From the NCBI GenBank assembly GCA_965279525.1, contig CBDIIB010000004.1:1280001-1344000 (forward strand): a DNA stretch of 64,000 nt, read 5' to 3'. Shown here piece after piece: positions 49,716 to 59,039 of this stretch. The translations under genes were made by a program, and so were the position numbers. The first letter of the stretch is position 1. Every line of letters begins with the position of its first letter. The DNA is from Tagaea sp. Lineage in GTDB: Bacteria > Pseudomonadota > Alphaproteobacteria > CACIAM-22H2. The notes below the pieces were generated by a model. It was not told where the DNA came from and did no database searches. It worked only from the letters and a program-made list of their open reading frames with translations.

Positions 49716-50762
49716 TTGGGGGAAGCTGTCCTGCGATCCAAGAACATCCGTCGCTCGCGCCAGCAGGCACGATCGCGCCTGGAAGACGTCGCGCGGCATG
49801 CCGGTGTCTCGAAGATGACGGTCGTGCGCGTCCTGCGCGAGGCGCACAAGGTTGCCCCCGCGACACAGGCGCGTGTCACCGCCGCTCTGGACGCGACAAA
49901 ATATTCGCCTGACCTCGTCGCGCGCGCCCTGGTCTCGCGCCGCTCAGGTGTCGTTGGTGCGATCGTGCCGACCCTGTCGAACTCGTTGATAGCCGATGTG
50001 ATCCAAGGCATGTCCGAGGAACTGGAACGCGATGGCCGTCAGTTGATGGTCGGTGCGTCAGGTTTTTCGGCAACCGCCGAAGAAGCGCTGGTCCGGAGCT
50101 TCCTGTCTCGGCGAGTCGATGCGCTCTATCTGACAGGCACCAGTCACACATCCGCGACGTTGCGATTGCTCGCCGCGGCGGGAGTTCCCGTTGTCGAAGG
50201 CGGGAACATCCCGTCAAATCCCATCGACCTTGTCGTCGGCGTCTCCAACATCGATGCGGCTGCTTCGGTCGTGGCGCATCTGATCGGACGCTATGGACGG
50301 AGTGTCGGATTCGCGGGTGGCTCCCCGATCGACAACGACCGGATGCGCGACAGGCGCGCCGGGTACGAGCTTGCGCTGCGAAGGGCCGGCATGCGTGCAC
50401 CACCGGCTTTCAAGGTCGAGGTGCCGATCTCCATGGGCGGCGGGCGGGAAGCACTCGGGCGACTGCTTGCGTTGCCGGACCGTCCGCGAGCGATGTTCTG
50501 TGCGACGGACGTCATCGCCGCTGGCGCCATCCAGGAATGCCTGCGACGCGGATTGCGCTTGCCGGACGACATTGCGATCGCGGGGTACGACGATCTGGAC
50601 ATCGCGAGGGAGCTTGTCCCTGCCCTCACGACCGTACGCGTGCCCCGCTACGAGATCGGCCGCCAAGCCGCGCGCCTGTTCCAGCTCAGCCTGACAGGTC
50701 GCAGGCCACGCCAAGCGGTTCTCGACATCGGTTATGAACTTGTCGTGCGCGAAAGCGCCTGA
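49716..50762 (+). CDS. LacI-family regulator (GntR/IdnR-like branch)
   Basis: LEDVARHAGVSKMTVVRVLR HTH; IAGYDD, PALTTV; start uncertain. Confidence 0.92.
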   Translation: MGEAVLRSKNIRRSRQQARSRLEDVARHAGVSKMTVVRVLREAHKVAPATQARVTAALDATKYSPDLVARALVSRRSGVVGAIVPTLSNSLIADVIQGMSEELERDGRQLMVGASGFSATAEEALVRSFLSRRVDALYLTGTSHTSATLRLLAAAGVPVVEGGNIPSNPIDLVVGVSNIDAAASVVAHLIGRYGRSVGFAGGSPIDNDRMRDRRAGYELALRRAGMRAPPAFKVEVPISMGGGREALGRLLALPDRPRAMFCATDVIAAGAIQECLRRGLRLPDDIAIAGYDDLDIARELVPALTTVRVPRYEIGRQAARLFQLSLTGRRPRQAVLDIGYELVVRESA

Positions 50763-50779
50763 AGGAAGGAAACCCGCCA

Positions 50780-51529
50780 ATGCAGAGATCCGTGATCGTT
50801 ACCGGCGCCAGCCGCGGCATCGGCGCCGCCACAGCAATCCTCGCCGCCCGCGACGGCTGGCAAGTCTGCGTGAATTATCGCAGCCACGCAGACGAAGCCG
50901 AAGCAACGCTTCGGGCGGTACGTGCATATGGCGTCGAAGCGATTTCGGTGAAGGCGGACGTCGCCGACGAAAGTCAGCTCGTTGCAATGTTCGAGCGCTG
51001 CGACCGGGAGCTGGCCCCGCTCGGCGGACTGGTCAACAACGCGGGCTACCTTGGCGGCGAAAGCGACATCGAAGACTTCGATCCGGTCGCCATGCGGCAG
51101 CTGTGGGATGTGAACGTCGTCGCCTACTTCATCTGCGCGCGCGAGGCCGTCAAGCGGATGTCGACCAAGCGTGGCGGCAAGGGTGGCTCGATCGTAAATG
51201 TCTCGTCGATGTCGGCCGACAGCGGCGGCATCGGGCCGCGCATCCACTATGCGACGACGAACGGCGCTCGGCGCACCTTCACATTCGGCCTTGCAAAGCA
51301 GTCCGGGCCGAAGGGCATCCGGGTCAACGGCGTCATGCCGGGCGTGATCGACACGCATTTCAACGATGACTTCGACAACGAGGGACGAAATGCCCGGCTG
51401 GGGCCGAGCATCCCGGTTGGCCGGGTCGGCGTGGGCACAGATGTCGCGGAAATGATCGTGTGGCTGCTATCGGAGAATGCTGCGTTCGTCAGTGGCGCGG
51501 TCATTCCCGTCAATGGCGCTCACTTCTGA
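50780..51529 (+). CDS. Short-chain dehydrogenase/reductase with atypical YxxxN motif
   Basis: TGASRGIG, VNNAG, NVSS; HYATTNG where YxxxK is expected. Confidence 0.85.
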   Translation: MQRSVIVTGASRGIGAATAILAARDGWQVCVNYRSHADEAEATLRAVRAYGVEAISVKADVADESQLVAMFERCDRELAPLGGLVNNAGYLGGESDIEDFDPVAMRQLWDVNVVAYFICAREAVKRMSTKRGGKGGSIVNVSSMSADSGGIGPRIHYATTNGARRTFTFGLAKQSGPKGIRVNGVMPGVIDTHFNDDFDNEGRNARLGPSIPVGRVGVGTDVAEMIVWLLSENAAFVSGAVIPVNGAHF

Positions 51530-52481
51530 CACCGGTAAGTCGGTAGACACGCGCCGCCGTCCCGCCGAAGACGGCGGCGCGCCCGCCCGGCGGGATGTCA
51601 GCGAGGATTCGGGATAGGATGTCGATCTGCCGCATCGCGGTGCACATCAGACCCTCGATCGGAAGATTGCTGCCCCACATGCAACGCTCCGGGCCAAACG
51701 CCTCGACTGCGAAGCGGACCGGATCGCGCAGCCGTTCGAAGTTCCAGTCTCGGGCGATCGTCCATAGACCCGATATTTTCACGAAGACATTCTGAAAGCC
51801 GGCATTCAGCCTTATTCCGCTGCGCCAAACGTCCATCACACCGGGTATCTCCGGCTGGAGCGTGGCAAGATGATTTATGATGATCGTCAGCTGCGGAAAC
51901 TTCGCGGCGAGTTCGGCCATTTCCGGAAGCTGTTCGGGCAGAAGGATCACCTCCAGGATGCAGCCGCGGCGCGCGATTTCGGCGATGCCTTCGCGAAAGC
52001 CGGATGCCTTGGATATCTCCGGGCCCCGTGCGAATTTCCACGGCGAATCCGCTCTCCAGGCGATGCCCGTGCGCACGCCCCTGGCGCCGGGGTAGGCAAG
52101 AATCGCGCCTAGGTCGCGCGTGATCGACGATGATGCTGGATCGATATGGGCGATGCTCGCGTTCGGAACGCCATGCGAGACGCGTAAGTCCTCGAGCCAA
52201 GCCGTTTCGGCTGCAGGGTCGATCGCCCCGGGTGCGGCCTCCACATGCACGCTCGCCGCTATGCCGATACCGAGCGTGTCACGGCGGTAGTCGTCCGGCA
52301 GATAGTCGCGCTTGATCGGCGCATGGTCCCCGAACGGTCGCGGTGGCGCTTCCGGTCGCAGCCACGGATAGGGGAGTTTGGCCAGATCCCACAAATGATG
52401 GTGCGCGTCGACGATCCCGACGACAGGCCGGGTCTCGGTCGTGGCGGAAGAATTCGTGACCAGATCAACTTCGACCGGCAT
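51510..52481 (-). CDS. Amidohydrolase-2 family lactonase-like protein
   Basis: DAHHHLWD, SVHVEA, IINH, KISGL, FGPERCMWGSNLP; start inferred. Confidence 0.82.
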   Translation of the reverse strand: MPVEVDLVTNSSATTETRPVVGIVDAHHHLWDLAKLPYPWLRPEAPPRPFGDHAPIKRDYLPDDYRRDTLGIGIAASVHVEAAPGAIDPAAETAWLEDLRVSHGVPNASIAHIDPASSSITRDLGAILAYPGARGVRTGIAWRADSPWKFARGPEISKASGFREGIAEIARRGCILEVILLPEQLPEMAELAAKFPQLTIIINHLATLQPEIPGVMDVWRSGIRLNAGFQNVFVKISGLWTIARDWNFERLRDPVRFAVEAFGPERCMWGSNLPIEGLMCTAMRQIDILSRILADIPPGGRAAVFGGTAARVYRLTGVRSERH

Positions 52482-52500
52482 AGAATCTCTCGCGACCTGC

Positions 52501-53442
52501 TTAGCTGCAGGCCGCGCCTCCAAGCACGCAGAACTTCGCACAATGGCGGTGGTTGAGTGGCACCGGGCCTGCAGCGCCCGCGAGGGTCGGGCCGAGATCA
52601 AACGCCGCCTCATACGGCAACAGCGTGCAGGCGATCACGCTCGCGTGCTCCGCCCCCTTGCGATGCACGACCATGCGCGAGGACGCGCACATCACATCGT
52701 TCGGCGATTTGTCGAGAATTCCCCAGCAAGCCTCGCTGATCTCGGGAACGTCGGCGGTCGCGTCCATCTCCGGGAAGATAACCAAAGCATGTGGGTCGGA
52801 TGCGTCGACGGGGATGCCATCGTCCGCAAAAAGTGCCGCAAACCCGCGACGCAGCGCAGCCTCGTTGTCCGGCCCGACGAGACGCGCGGCGACGGCGATG
52901 CTTGCGCCGGTACCGGCGAGCCACTTCAGGCCTTCGACCGCCGGAGCCCACGTATCGGCGCCCCGGACCGCCTCGTGCGGTCCGCGTGAAAAATGGTCGA
53001 GCGAGACCCGCAGTGTGAGCCGGTCCGGATAGGCGGCGATCAAAGCCGCGATGTCGGCGCGCCGGTTCAGCATCGGCTTCATCGCGTTGGTGAGGACCAG
53101 CACGCGCATCCCCGTGGCCAGCGCATCCGCTAGCATGCCGACGATATCAGGGTTCATGAACGGCTCGCCGCCCGTGAAGCCGATCTCAACCAGGGCCGGC
53201 GACAGCGCCTGCGCTTCGGCGACGAATCGCGCGGCTTCGTCCCGACCCAGATAGGCAAGCCGGTCGTTGCGCGGCGAGGATTCGATATAGCAGTTCGTGC
53301 AGGCGATATTGCACAGCGTGCCGGTATTGAGCCAGAGCGTGCGCAGCGCCAAGAGCCGGACCGCCGCCCGCTTCTGGCCCGTCAGAGTGACCTGCGGGTC
53401 GATGAACTTCCCGGTCTGCTGCAAAATGGCCTCGGCTTCCAT
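52501..53442 (-). CDS. Radical SAM protein with Cys-rich C-terminus (ArsS-related neighbourhood)
   Basis: CNIACTNC (CxxxCxxC), FTGGEPF, VLTN, VSLD; tail HCAKFCVLGGAACS. Confidence 0.88.
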   Translation of the reverse strand: MEAEAILQQTGKFIDPQVTLTGQKRAAVRLLALRTLWLNTGTLCNIACTNCYIESSPRNDRLAYLGRDEAARFVAEAQALSPALVEIGFTGGEPFMNPDIVGMLADALATGMRVLVLTNAMKPMLNRRADIAALIAAYPDRLTLRVSLDHFSRGPHEAVRGADTWAPAVEGLKWLAGTGASIAVAARLVGPDNEAALRRGFAALFADDGIPVDASDPHALVIFPEMDATADVPEISEACWGILDKSPNDVMCASSRMVVHRKGAEHASVIACTLLPYEAAFDLGPTLAGAAGPVPLNHRHCAKFCVLGGAACS

Positions 53443-53452
53443 GGTCCTGCCC

Positions 53453-54082
53453 TTACGCTCCTGGTTCGGGCCGTCGGGCACATTGGTTTCGGCCGGCACG
53501 TCGCTGCCATGAAATATAGTCCGCCCGGTCGTCGATGTCGTTCAGAACCGGTCCCAGTGCGACGGTCCGGAAACGGAGATTTGCTAGACAGTCGCCGAGC
53601 GCATGCGGGCCCGACCATCTGACGCCGGCGAACGCACGACCGACAAGGCGGCCGCTGCGGAAGCCGACCGCCCAGAAGCCGCCATCGGTTGCCGGGCCGA
53701 AAACCGCGGCATGCGTACCAAGCAGGGCAAATGCCGCATGCAGCTGAAACTGCATCATTTCCGGGATGTCGCATCCGACGAGAAGCACTGGCCCTCGATG
53801 GCGGCCAAGTGCCCTGCCCATCCGCATGCCGAGATCGCCACGCCCCTGCGGTACGAGACCGGCGCCGGCGGGCAGCATCCATATCCGCCGATTGCGTGCC
53901 GCTCGGTCTGGCGTCACGCAGATTTCAATGCGCCAGGGTCCGTGCGCGACGATCCGGCAAGTCCGAGCCAGGGTGGCCCGGTGGAAAGCGAGCGCTGCCG
54001 CATCGCCGATGCCGGAAGCCAGACGCGTTTTGACCCGGCCGAGGACAGGCAGGCGCGCGAACACAACGACTGTCGGTCTCAT
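53453..54082 (-). CDS. DUF2064/TIGR04282-like nucleotidyl- or glycosyltransferase (CofC-like)
   Basis: VFARLPVLGRVKTRLA, QGRGDLGMRM, VGCDIP, FGPATDGGFW, DIDDRAD. Confidence 0.85.
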   Translation of the reverse strand: MRPTVVVFARLPVLGRVKTRLASGIGDAAALAFHRATLARTCRIVAHGPWRIEICVTPDRAARNRRIWMLPAGAGLVPQGRGDLGMRMGRALGRHRGPVLLVGCDIPEMMQFQLHAAFALLGTHAAVFGPATDGGFWAVGFRSGRLVGRAFAGVRWSGPHALGDCLANLRFRTVALGPVLNDIDDRADYISWQRRAGRNQCARRPEPGA

Positions 54083-54792
54083 CGGCGTCCCCGATAGAGG
54101 CCGGCAAGCCTGTCGGGCGACATGCCCGCGAACCAGAGGGCCAGGCACGCGAGGTTTCGTGCCGGTCGAAGCCACCAGCCATCACGACGGTATCGGTCGG
54201 CGGATGTCGTCGCGACGGCGTCCAATCCGACCAGACGCGCACGCCCGATCCGCCGGACGAGATCGACATCCTCCATCAGCAGAACAGGCCGGAAGCCGCC
54301 CGTCGAGCGATAGAGCGCCGCCGGAACGAGTAGACCCTGGTCGCCATAGGGAAGCCCGAAATGCCGCGCACGCCAGTTCGCGAGCCGCGCCACGCGCGCG
54401 GCCCGCCTGTCGGGATCGTCGAAGGCAAGCCTGAAATATGCGGCGTGGCCGTGCGCGGGCGTCCCTTCGACGAACGCGCGTGCGGCGCACATCCAACCTG
54501 CTTCAAGCCGCGTGTCGGAATGAACGAAAAGCAGCCATGCAGCACCCTGGGCGAGCGCTTCCTCGGCACCGGCGACGAGTTGCGCCCCCCGTCCGCGGGG
54601 TGACATCACCACGACCGCACCGGCGTCCCGGGCGATCGCGACAGACGCGTCCGATGATCCGCCATCAGCGACGATCATTCGTCCGGCGGGCATTTTCAAC
54701 GCTGCGAGGGAAGCACCAAGACCTGCCGCCGCGTCGAATGTCGGAAGGATCGCCCACAGGCCGTGACGCAGGAGTGCCGACATATCGTCCAT
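54079..54792 (-). CDS. GT2 glycosyltransferase, TIGR04283-like
   Basis: VADGGSSD, RGRGAQL, LFVHSD, LPYGDQGL, LMEDV, TSADRY. Confidence 0.85.
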   Translation of the reverse strand: MDDMSALLRHGLWAILPTFDAAAGLGASLAALKMPAGRMIVADGGSSDASVAIARDAGAVVVMSPRGRGAQLVAGAEEALAQGAAWLLFVHSDTRLEAGWMCAARAFVEGTPAHGHAAYFRLAFDDPDRRAARVARLANWRARHFGLPYGDQGLLVPAALYRSTGGFRPVLLMEDVDLVRRIGRARLVGLDAVATTSADRYRRDGWWLRPARNLACLALWFAGMSPDRLAGLYRGRR

Positions 54793-54848
54793 GACGGAGC
54801 GTCACCCGACCCGGCCACCAACCGCAAGGAGAAGGAATGTTCGGATCA

Positions 54849-54876
54849 GTAGGGCTCGATCCTGCGACCCGCCGAT
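54849..54876 (-). repeat. Degenerate direct repeat of the tRNA-Lys 3' half (att-site relic)
   Basis: gtagggctcgatcctgcgacccgccgat vs 62187-62214 gtagggctcgaacctacgacccgctgat: 25/28 identical, same orientation, intergenic. Confidence 0.75.
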
Positions 54877-54896
54877 GGGCGGCATCCGGATGTGCG

Positions 54897-55232
54897 TCAC
54901 GCCTTCAAATGGATTGTCACGAGCACTGTGGCCTCCGCCCCGGCCTTGAAGTCGGCGGCAACGCGCAGCCAGTTGCCGAAATGCGCTACGCGAAGCGCCA
55001 CGACCTCGTCCTTGCCTGCCGGCATCGGCGCCGACGTCCCTTCGGGTACCCATCGCATTCCGTCGGGAGAGATTTCAACGCGGCAGTCGGGCTGGGCGCC
55101 TTTCGGTTCCTTGAGCGCGCGGACGAAGATGACGGCCTCGCGCGCCCAGCCCGCCTCGTAAGGCTCGCTGGCGGCCTTGCCCGACCATGTTTCGTTCCGG
55201 GCCACGATCGCGGTGATGTTCTCGGGCAGCAT
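54897..55232 (-). CDS. Small uncharacterised beta-rich protein
   Basis: Start MLPENIT coupled by TGATG to the upstream stop; EPYEAGWA, EISPDG, FGNWLR; 111 aa. Confidence 0.7.
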   Translation of the reverse strand: MLPENITAIVARNETWSGKAASEPYEAGWAREAVIFVRALKEPKGAQPDCRVEISPDGMRWVPEGTSAPMPAGKDEVVALRVAHFGNWLRVAADFKAGAEATVLVTIHLKA

Positions 55233-56137
55233 CAGAAGTCTCCCGAAATACAGACGGAATCGACGTAGAGGAAAGCCCGCTTGTCGGTGTCGGTTTCCGC
55301 GAACATGCAGAAATTGAGCATGCACCAGAGGTTTTTCATCGCCGGAATCCGGATCGAGTCGAAACCTGTCATGTCGAAGACGCGGTCGTTGCACTGGAGA
55401 CCCGTCGCCCGCATCGATTCGAGATCGAAGTCGAAGCGGAAATAAGTCCAGTTCACCTTCGTCGGAATCTCGTTGTAGCAGAGCCGCTGTCCACCATCCG
55501 GCAGATCTATCCAGCCGGCCGGTGCCAGATGATAGTGCGTGAAGGTCTTGTTCGTGTTGCCGAGCGACTTGAAGGGCGTCGTCTCGGTCTTGTACTGCCA
55601 CTTCTGCAAATGCTTGCCATTCTCGGCATTGAGGAAGCGCAGATGCGGCATGACGCGATCGCTATCGCCATCGCGGTCGCCGCCTTGGAGATCGAAGAGG
55701 AAGCCGACCGAGCGGACATCCGTTTCGCCGAGCTTCAGCGTGTTGGCCTCCGGCTTGAACGTGAAATAGGCCTCGAAGCGGATCGGGCCGCGCTTGCGAA
55801 AGGTGTGGCGCTTGATGGCGACGTTCTGGGCTCCTGCACGGGGCCGGGTCGCGATCTTCAGCGCATATGACGAATCCATGCCGCCGTGCGAGCCGGCGTC
55901 CCAATGGCCGAGCGTCGACAGCATGGCACTGGTGTGCTGCGCGTAGCCGGGCAGCATCGCGTCGAGGTCGTCCTCGTAGTTGCCGACCAGCTGCGACCAT
56001 CCGCAATGCCCGCGCGAAAAATCGTCGTGCGAGATGATCCGGGGGAGCGGATCAAAGCGGCTCAACTCGGGATCGGACCGAAGCATTGCCAGGCGCAGTG
56101 CTTCAGCCATTTCGATTGTCGCATTCTTTACGGTCAC
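55232..56137 (-). CDS. Uncharacterised protein (lectin/jelly-roll-like; DUF6772-like from memory, unverified)
   Basis: GTG after a GGAGGAG RBS; HDDFSRGHCGW, NWTYFRFDFD, FLYVDSVCIS; strong coding-like codon usage. Confidence 0.7.
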   Translation of the reverse strand: MTVKNATIEMAEALRLAMLRSDPELSRFDPLPRIISHDDFSRGHCGWSQLVGNYEDDLDAMLPGYAQHTSAMLSTLGHWDAGSHGGMDSSYALKIATRPRAGAQNVAIKRHTFRKRGPIRFEAYFTFKPEANTLKLGETDVRSVGFLFDLQGGDRDGDSDRVMPHLRFLNAENGKHLQKWQYKTETTPFKSLGNTNKTFTHYHLAPAGWIDLPDGGQRLCYNEIPTKVNWTYFRFDFDLESMRATGLQCNDRVFDMTGFDSIRIPAMKNLWCMLNFCMFAETDTDKRAFLYVDSVCISGDF

Positions 56138-56150
56138 GCTACTCCTCCCG

Positions 56151-57293
56151 TCATTGAACGCGCAGGCGCCGCACGGCATCCCAGTCGACCTCGATCCCGA
56201 GACCGGGCCCGGTCGGCACGGGAAGCATCCCGTTCTTCTGCCGCTCGATACCCGGAGCGGCCCCCGTGATCCACGTCTTGAACGGGCTGGCGTCGCTCTC
56301 GCATTCCATGGCCTTGATGTTCGGCATCGCGGCGGCGAGGTGGACGCTCGCCGTCTCGCAGATGATGCCGGACATGCCGATATGCGGCGCATATCCGACA
56401 TCGTGCGCGGCGGCGAACTCCGCCATCCGCCGGGTTTCCGTGATGCCGCCCGAACGCGCCACGTCGGGCTGCAGATAGGAGATGGTGCGGCTTGCGACCA
56501 GGCGCATCGCCTGATCGAGCGTGTAGTTGCTTTCGCCCGCCGCCAGCGGCGTTTCGCATCGCCGGTGCAACTCGACGTAGCCGTCCTCGTCCTCCGGCCG
56601 GAGCGGCTCCTCGAACCAGAAATAGCGGTTCGCGGTCAGCGCGCGGCCGACTTCGACGGCGTCCTCGAGCGAGTATGCCCAGTTCGCATCGACACAGAGG
56701 TCGATACCGTCGCCGGCACGCTTGCGCAGCCGCTCGATGCGGCGGCACGCATCCCTGACCGGGCTCGCCATCTTCACCTTGATCCGGGGAAAACCGGCCG
56801 CAAGGTAGCGGTCGAGCTCGCTTTCCATCGCGGCATCGTCGCCCCAGTTGACCGAAGCCGCGTAGACCGGCACCTCGCTGCGCCCCATTCCGCCGAGCAG
56901 GCGATGGATCGGCAGGTTCGCGACTTTCCCGAGGATGTCCCAAAGCGCGATATCGACCCCCGATATCGCTTCGAACAGCATCCCGCCCGAACGGCCCGAA
57001 AGGGCGCGGCGCATGTCGCGCCAAAGTGCCGAAATATCTGTCGGGTTCCGTCCAACGAGGCGCGGCTTCAGCGCCGTTTCAATCAGTTCGGCATAGGCCT
57101 TCGGGGCGAATCGCGCGAGTGCCTCGCCGACGCCCGTGATCCCGGCATTCGTGCGCACCTCGACGAGGCAGATCGAGACGTCCGTGTACTTTCCCCAAGA
57201 CGTGACGGTCGGTCGCGGCAATGTCTGCGACAATGGGTGCGCGATGACGTCCGTGATGCGGATGCCGGCACCGCTAGCTGCATTCTCGTCCAC
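56151..57293 (-). CDS. Mandelate racemase/muconate-lactonising enzyme family dehydratase
   Basis: GVDIALWDILGK, KVKM, DANW, FEEP, AGES, QPD, APH. Confidence 0.92.
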   Translation of the reverse strand: MDENAASGAGIRITDVIAHPLSQTLPRPTVTSWGKYTDVSICLVEVRTNAGITGVGEALARFAPKAYAELIETALKPRLVGRNPTDISALWRDMRRALSGRSGGMLFEAISGVDIALWDILGKVANLPIHRLLGGMGRSEVPVYAASVNWGDDAAMESELDRYLAAGFPRIKVKMASPVRDACRRIERLRKRAGDGIDLCVDANWAYSLEDAVEVGRALTANRYFWFEEPLRPEDEDGYVELHRRCETPLAAGESNYTLDQAMRLVASRTISYLQPDVARSGGITETRRMAEFAAAHDVGYAPHIGMSGIICETASVHLAAAMPNIKAMECESDASPFKTWITGAAPGIERQKNGMLPVPTGPGLGIEVDWDAVRRLRVQ

Positions 57294-57356
57294 GTCCCGC
57301 CTCCCAATCTCTCCGCATGGCAGGGTGCAGGATTAGCCGGAGATGCGGCATCCTGA

Positions 57357-57375
57357 CAACTACTAAACTTAGTTG
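57357..57375. promoter_or_regulatory. Inverted repeat CAACTA-N7-TAGTTG (candidate FadR-type operator)
   Basis: Dyad with an overlapping ACTAA-AC-TTAGT in the divergent gap before the GntR/FadR gene. Confidence 0.55.
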
Positions 57376-57433
57376 CTATGTTTCCGGATGTCGTGATAGG
57401 GAGTCATTCGCTCGACAAACGCCGGGAGAATCG

Positions 57434-58201
57434 ATGTCCGCGCAGCTCAGCCGGAAGCCCGTCTTCGGAACACAGCGGGTCGCAAGCCCAACCCGGCTCG
57501 CCGACACCGTTTCCGACGCGATCGCGGCGGCACTTCTTGACGGCCGCATCTCACCCGGCGAACCGCTGCCGTCGGAAGGCGAGATCGCGAAGGAATTCGG
57601 CGTTTCCAAGCCCATCGCGCGCGAAGCGCTCCGGAATCTGACATCCGCCGGGCTCATCTTCACGCAGCAGGGCAAGGTTGCCCGTGCGAAGGGCCTGAAC
57701 GGCGAGCAGCTCGAGCGGATCTACGGATACGCCGTGCGCTCGAGCCTGACGCGCCTGCGCGAAGCCAACGAGATGCGCCGGGCGATCGAATCCGGCATCG
57801 CGCGCCTTGCGGCACAGCGACGCGAGAAGGCGGGGCTCGCAGCCATGAAACTGGCGCTCGACGAGATGTACGCGGCACTCGGTGATCCGAACGCGTTTAC
57901 CGAAGCCGACATCCTGTTCCATCTGGGTCTTGCCATGACCACCGGCAATTCGATGATCCGCGTGCAGATGGAGGGCATGCGCTCCGTCCAGCGCGAGGTA
58001 TCTGATCTGTTCGCCCGCCGGGCGAACAGGTCTGTTGCCGACTGGCGAGCGACGATCGACCGCCACAAGGTGCTCTACGAAGCGATCTTTGCCGGCGATG
58101 CGCCGCTCGCTGAGAAATGCATCGCCCGGCACTATGCAGCTGCAGACATCGCATCGCTCGAAGTGGCGGGAAAGCCCAAGCGGGAGGCGGTAGGAAAGTG
58201 A
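57434..58201 (+). CDS. GntR/FadR-family regulator
   Basis: PGEPLPSEGEIAKEFGVSKPIAREAL; ADILFH, RH FCD motifs. Confidence 0.92.
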   Translation: MSAQLSRKPVFGTQRVASPTRLADTVSDAIAAALLDGRISPGEPLPSEGEIAKEFGVSKPIAREALRNLTSAGLIFTQQGKVARAKGLNGEQLERIYGYAVRSSLTRLREANEMRRAIESGIARLAAQRREKAGLAAMKLALDEMYAALGDPNAFTEADILFHLGLAMTTGNSMIRVQMEGMRSVQREVSDLFARRANRSVADWRATIDRHKVLYEAIFAGDAPLAEKCIARHYAAADIASLEVAGKPKREAVGK

Positions 58202-58986
58202 CCTACGATCGCTTCACCCTCGCGGGCAAGCGCGCGCTCGTCACGGGCGCCAGTTCCGGCATCGGCCGCGCGATCGCCATCGGGCTTGCCGAAGCAGGCG
58301 CGAAGCTTGTGCTGCACCATTTCGCGGATGCCGACGGCGCGTCGCAGACAGCGCGATCGGCTGGCGGCGCGCCCGTGTTCGAGGCGGATTTCAGGCACGC
58401 CGGTGCCGCCGGAGCACTTGCGGACGATGTCCTTGCCCACGGCGGTCCGATCGACATCCTCGTCGCCAACGCGGCCATTGAGCGGCGAATCCCATGGATC
58501 GGCATTTCCGAGGCGCATCTCGCCGACCATGTCGCCGCAAACTTGATGTCGCTTCTGGCGCTGTCGCAGCGACTTGTACCGCTCATGGCGGACCGGGGAT
58601 GGGGACGAGTCGTCGCGATCGGAAGCGTCATGGCGGGGCGACCACGCGCCGAGACCCTCGCCTATGCCGCAATGAAGGCGGCACAGCTTGCCGCAGTCCG
58701 CTCGATTGCCCGCGACGTCGCGGCGAAGGGCGTCACGATGAACGTCGTGTCGCCTGGCGCCGTCGAAATCGACAAGAACACAGCTAGATACGCCGATCCC
58801 GACTTCCGGAAGGCGGTCGTGGCCAAGATTCCGGCCGGGCGGCAGGGACGACCGGAGGACATCGCGGGCGCTGTCGTATTCCTGTGCTCGGGCGCGGCGG
58901 CCTATATCACCGGCGTCGACATTCCGGTCGACGGTGGCTGGACGATCGGCGATGCGCCGGGAGCGCTTCCGGGAGAAGTGGCGTGA
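58198..58986 (+). CDS. Short-chain dehydrogenase/reductase
   Basis: GTGA-coupled start; TGASSGIG, YAAMK, VSPG, VDGG. Confidence 0.9.
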   Translation: MTYDRFTLAGKRALVTGASSGIGRAIAIGLAEAGAKLVLHHFADADGASQTARSAGGAPVFEADFRHAGAAGALADDVLAHGGPIDILVANAAIERRIPWIGISEAHLADHVAANLMSLLALSQRLVPLMADRGWGRVVAIGSVMAGRPRAETLAYAAMKAAQLAAVRSIARDVAAKGVTMNVVSPGAVEIDKNTARYADPDFRKAVVAKIPAGRQGRPEDIAGAVVFLCSGAAAYITGVDIPVDGGWTIGDAPGALPGEVA

Positions 58987-59039
58987 TGCGCGAACCCGCA
59001 CGAGACGGACTTCAACGACAAAAGAATGGGAGGCAACCG

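Noticed and set aside
51510-51529. 20-bp overlap of the convergent SDR and amidohydrolase 3' ends
   Set aside because: Ordinary tail-to-tail overlap
52501-53442. Radical SAM as the anaerobic sulfatase maturase for the five sulfatases
   Set aside because: Too short, lacks the AtsB/anSME N-terminal KP..CNL.C.YC and full SPASM pattern, and is operonic with glycosyltransferases
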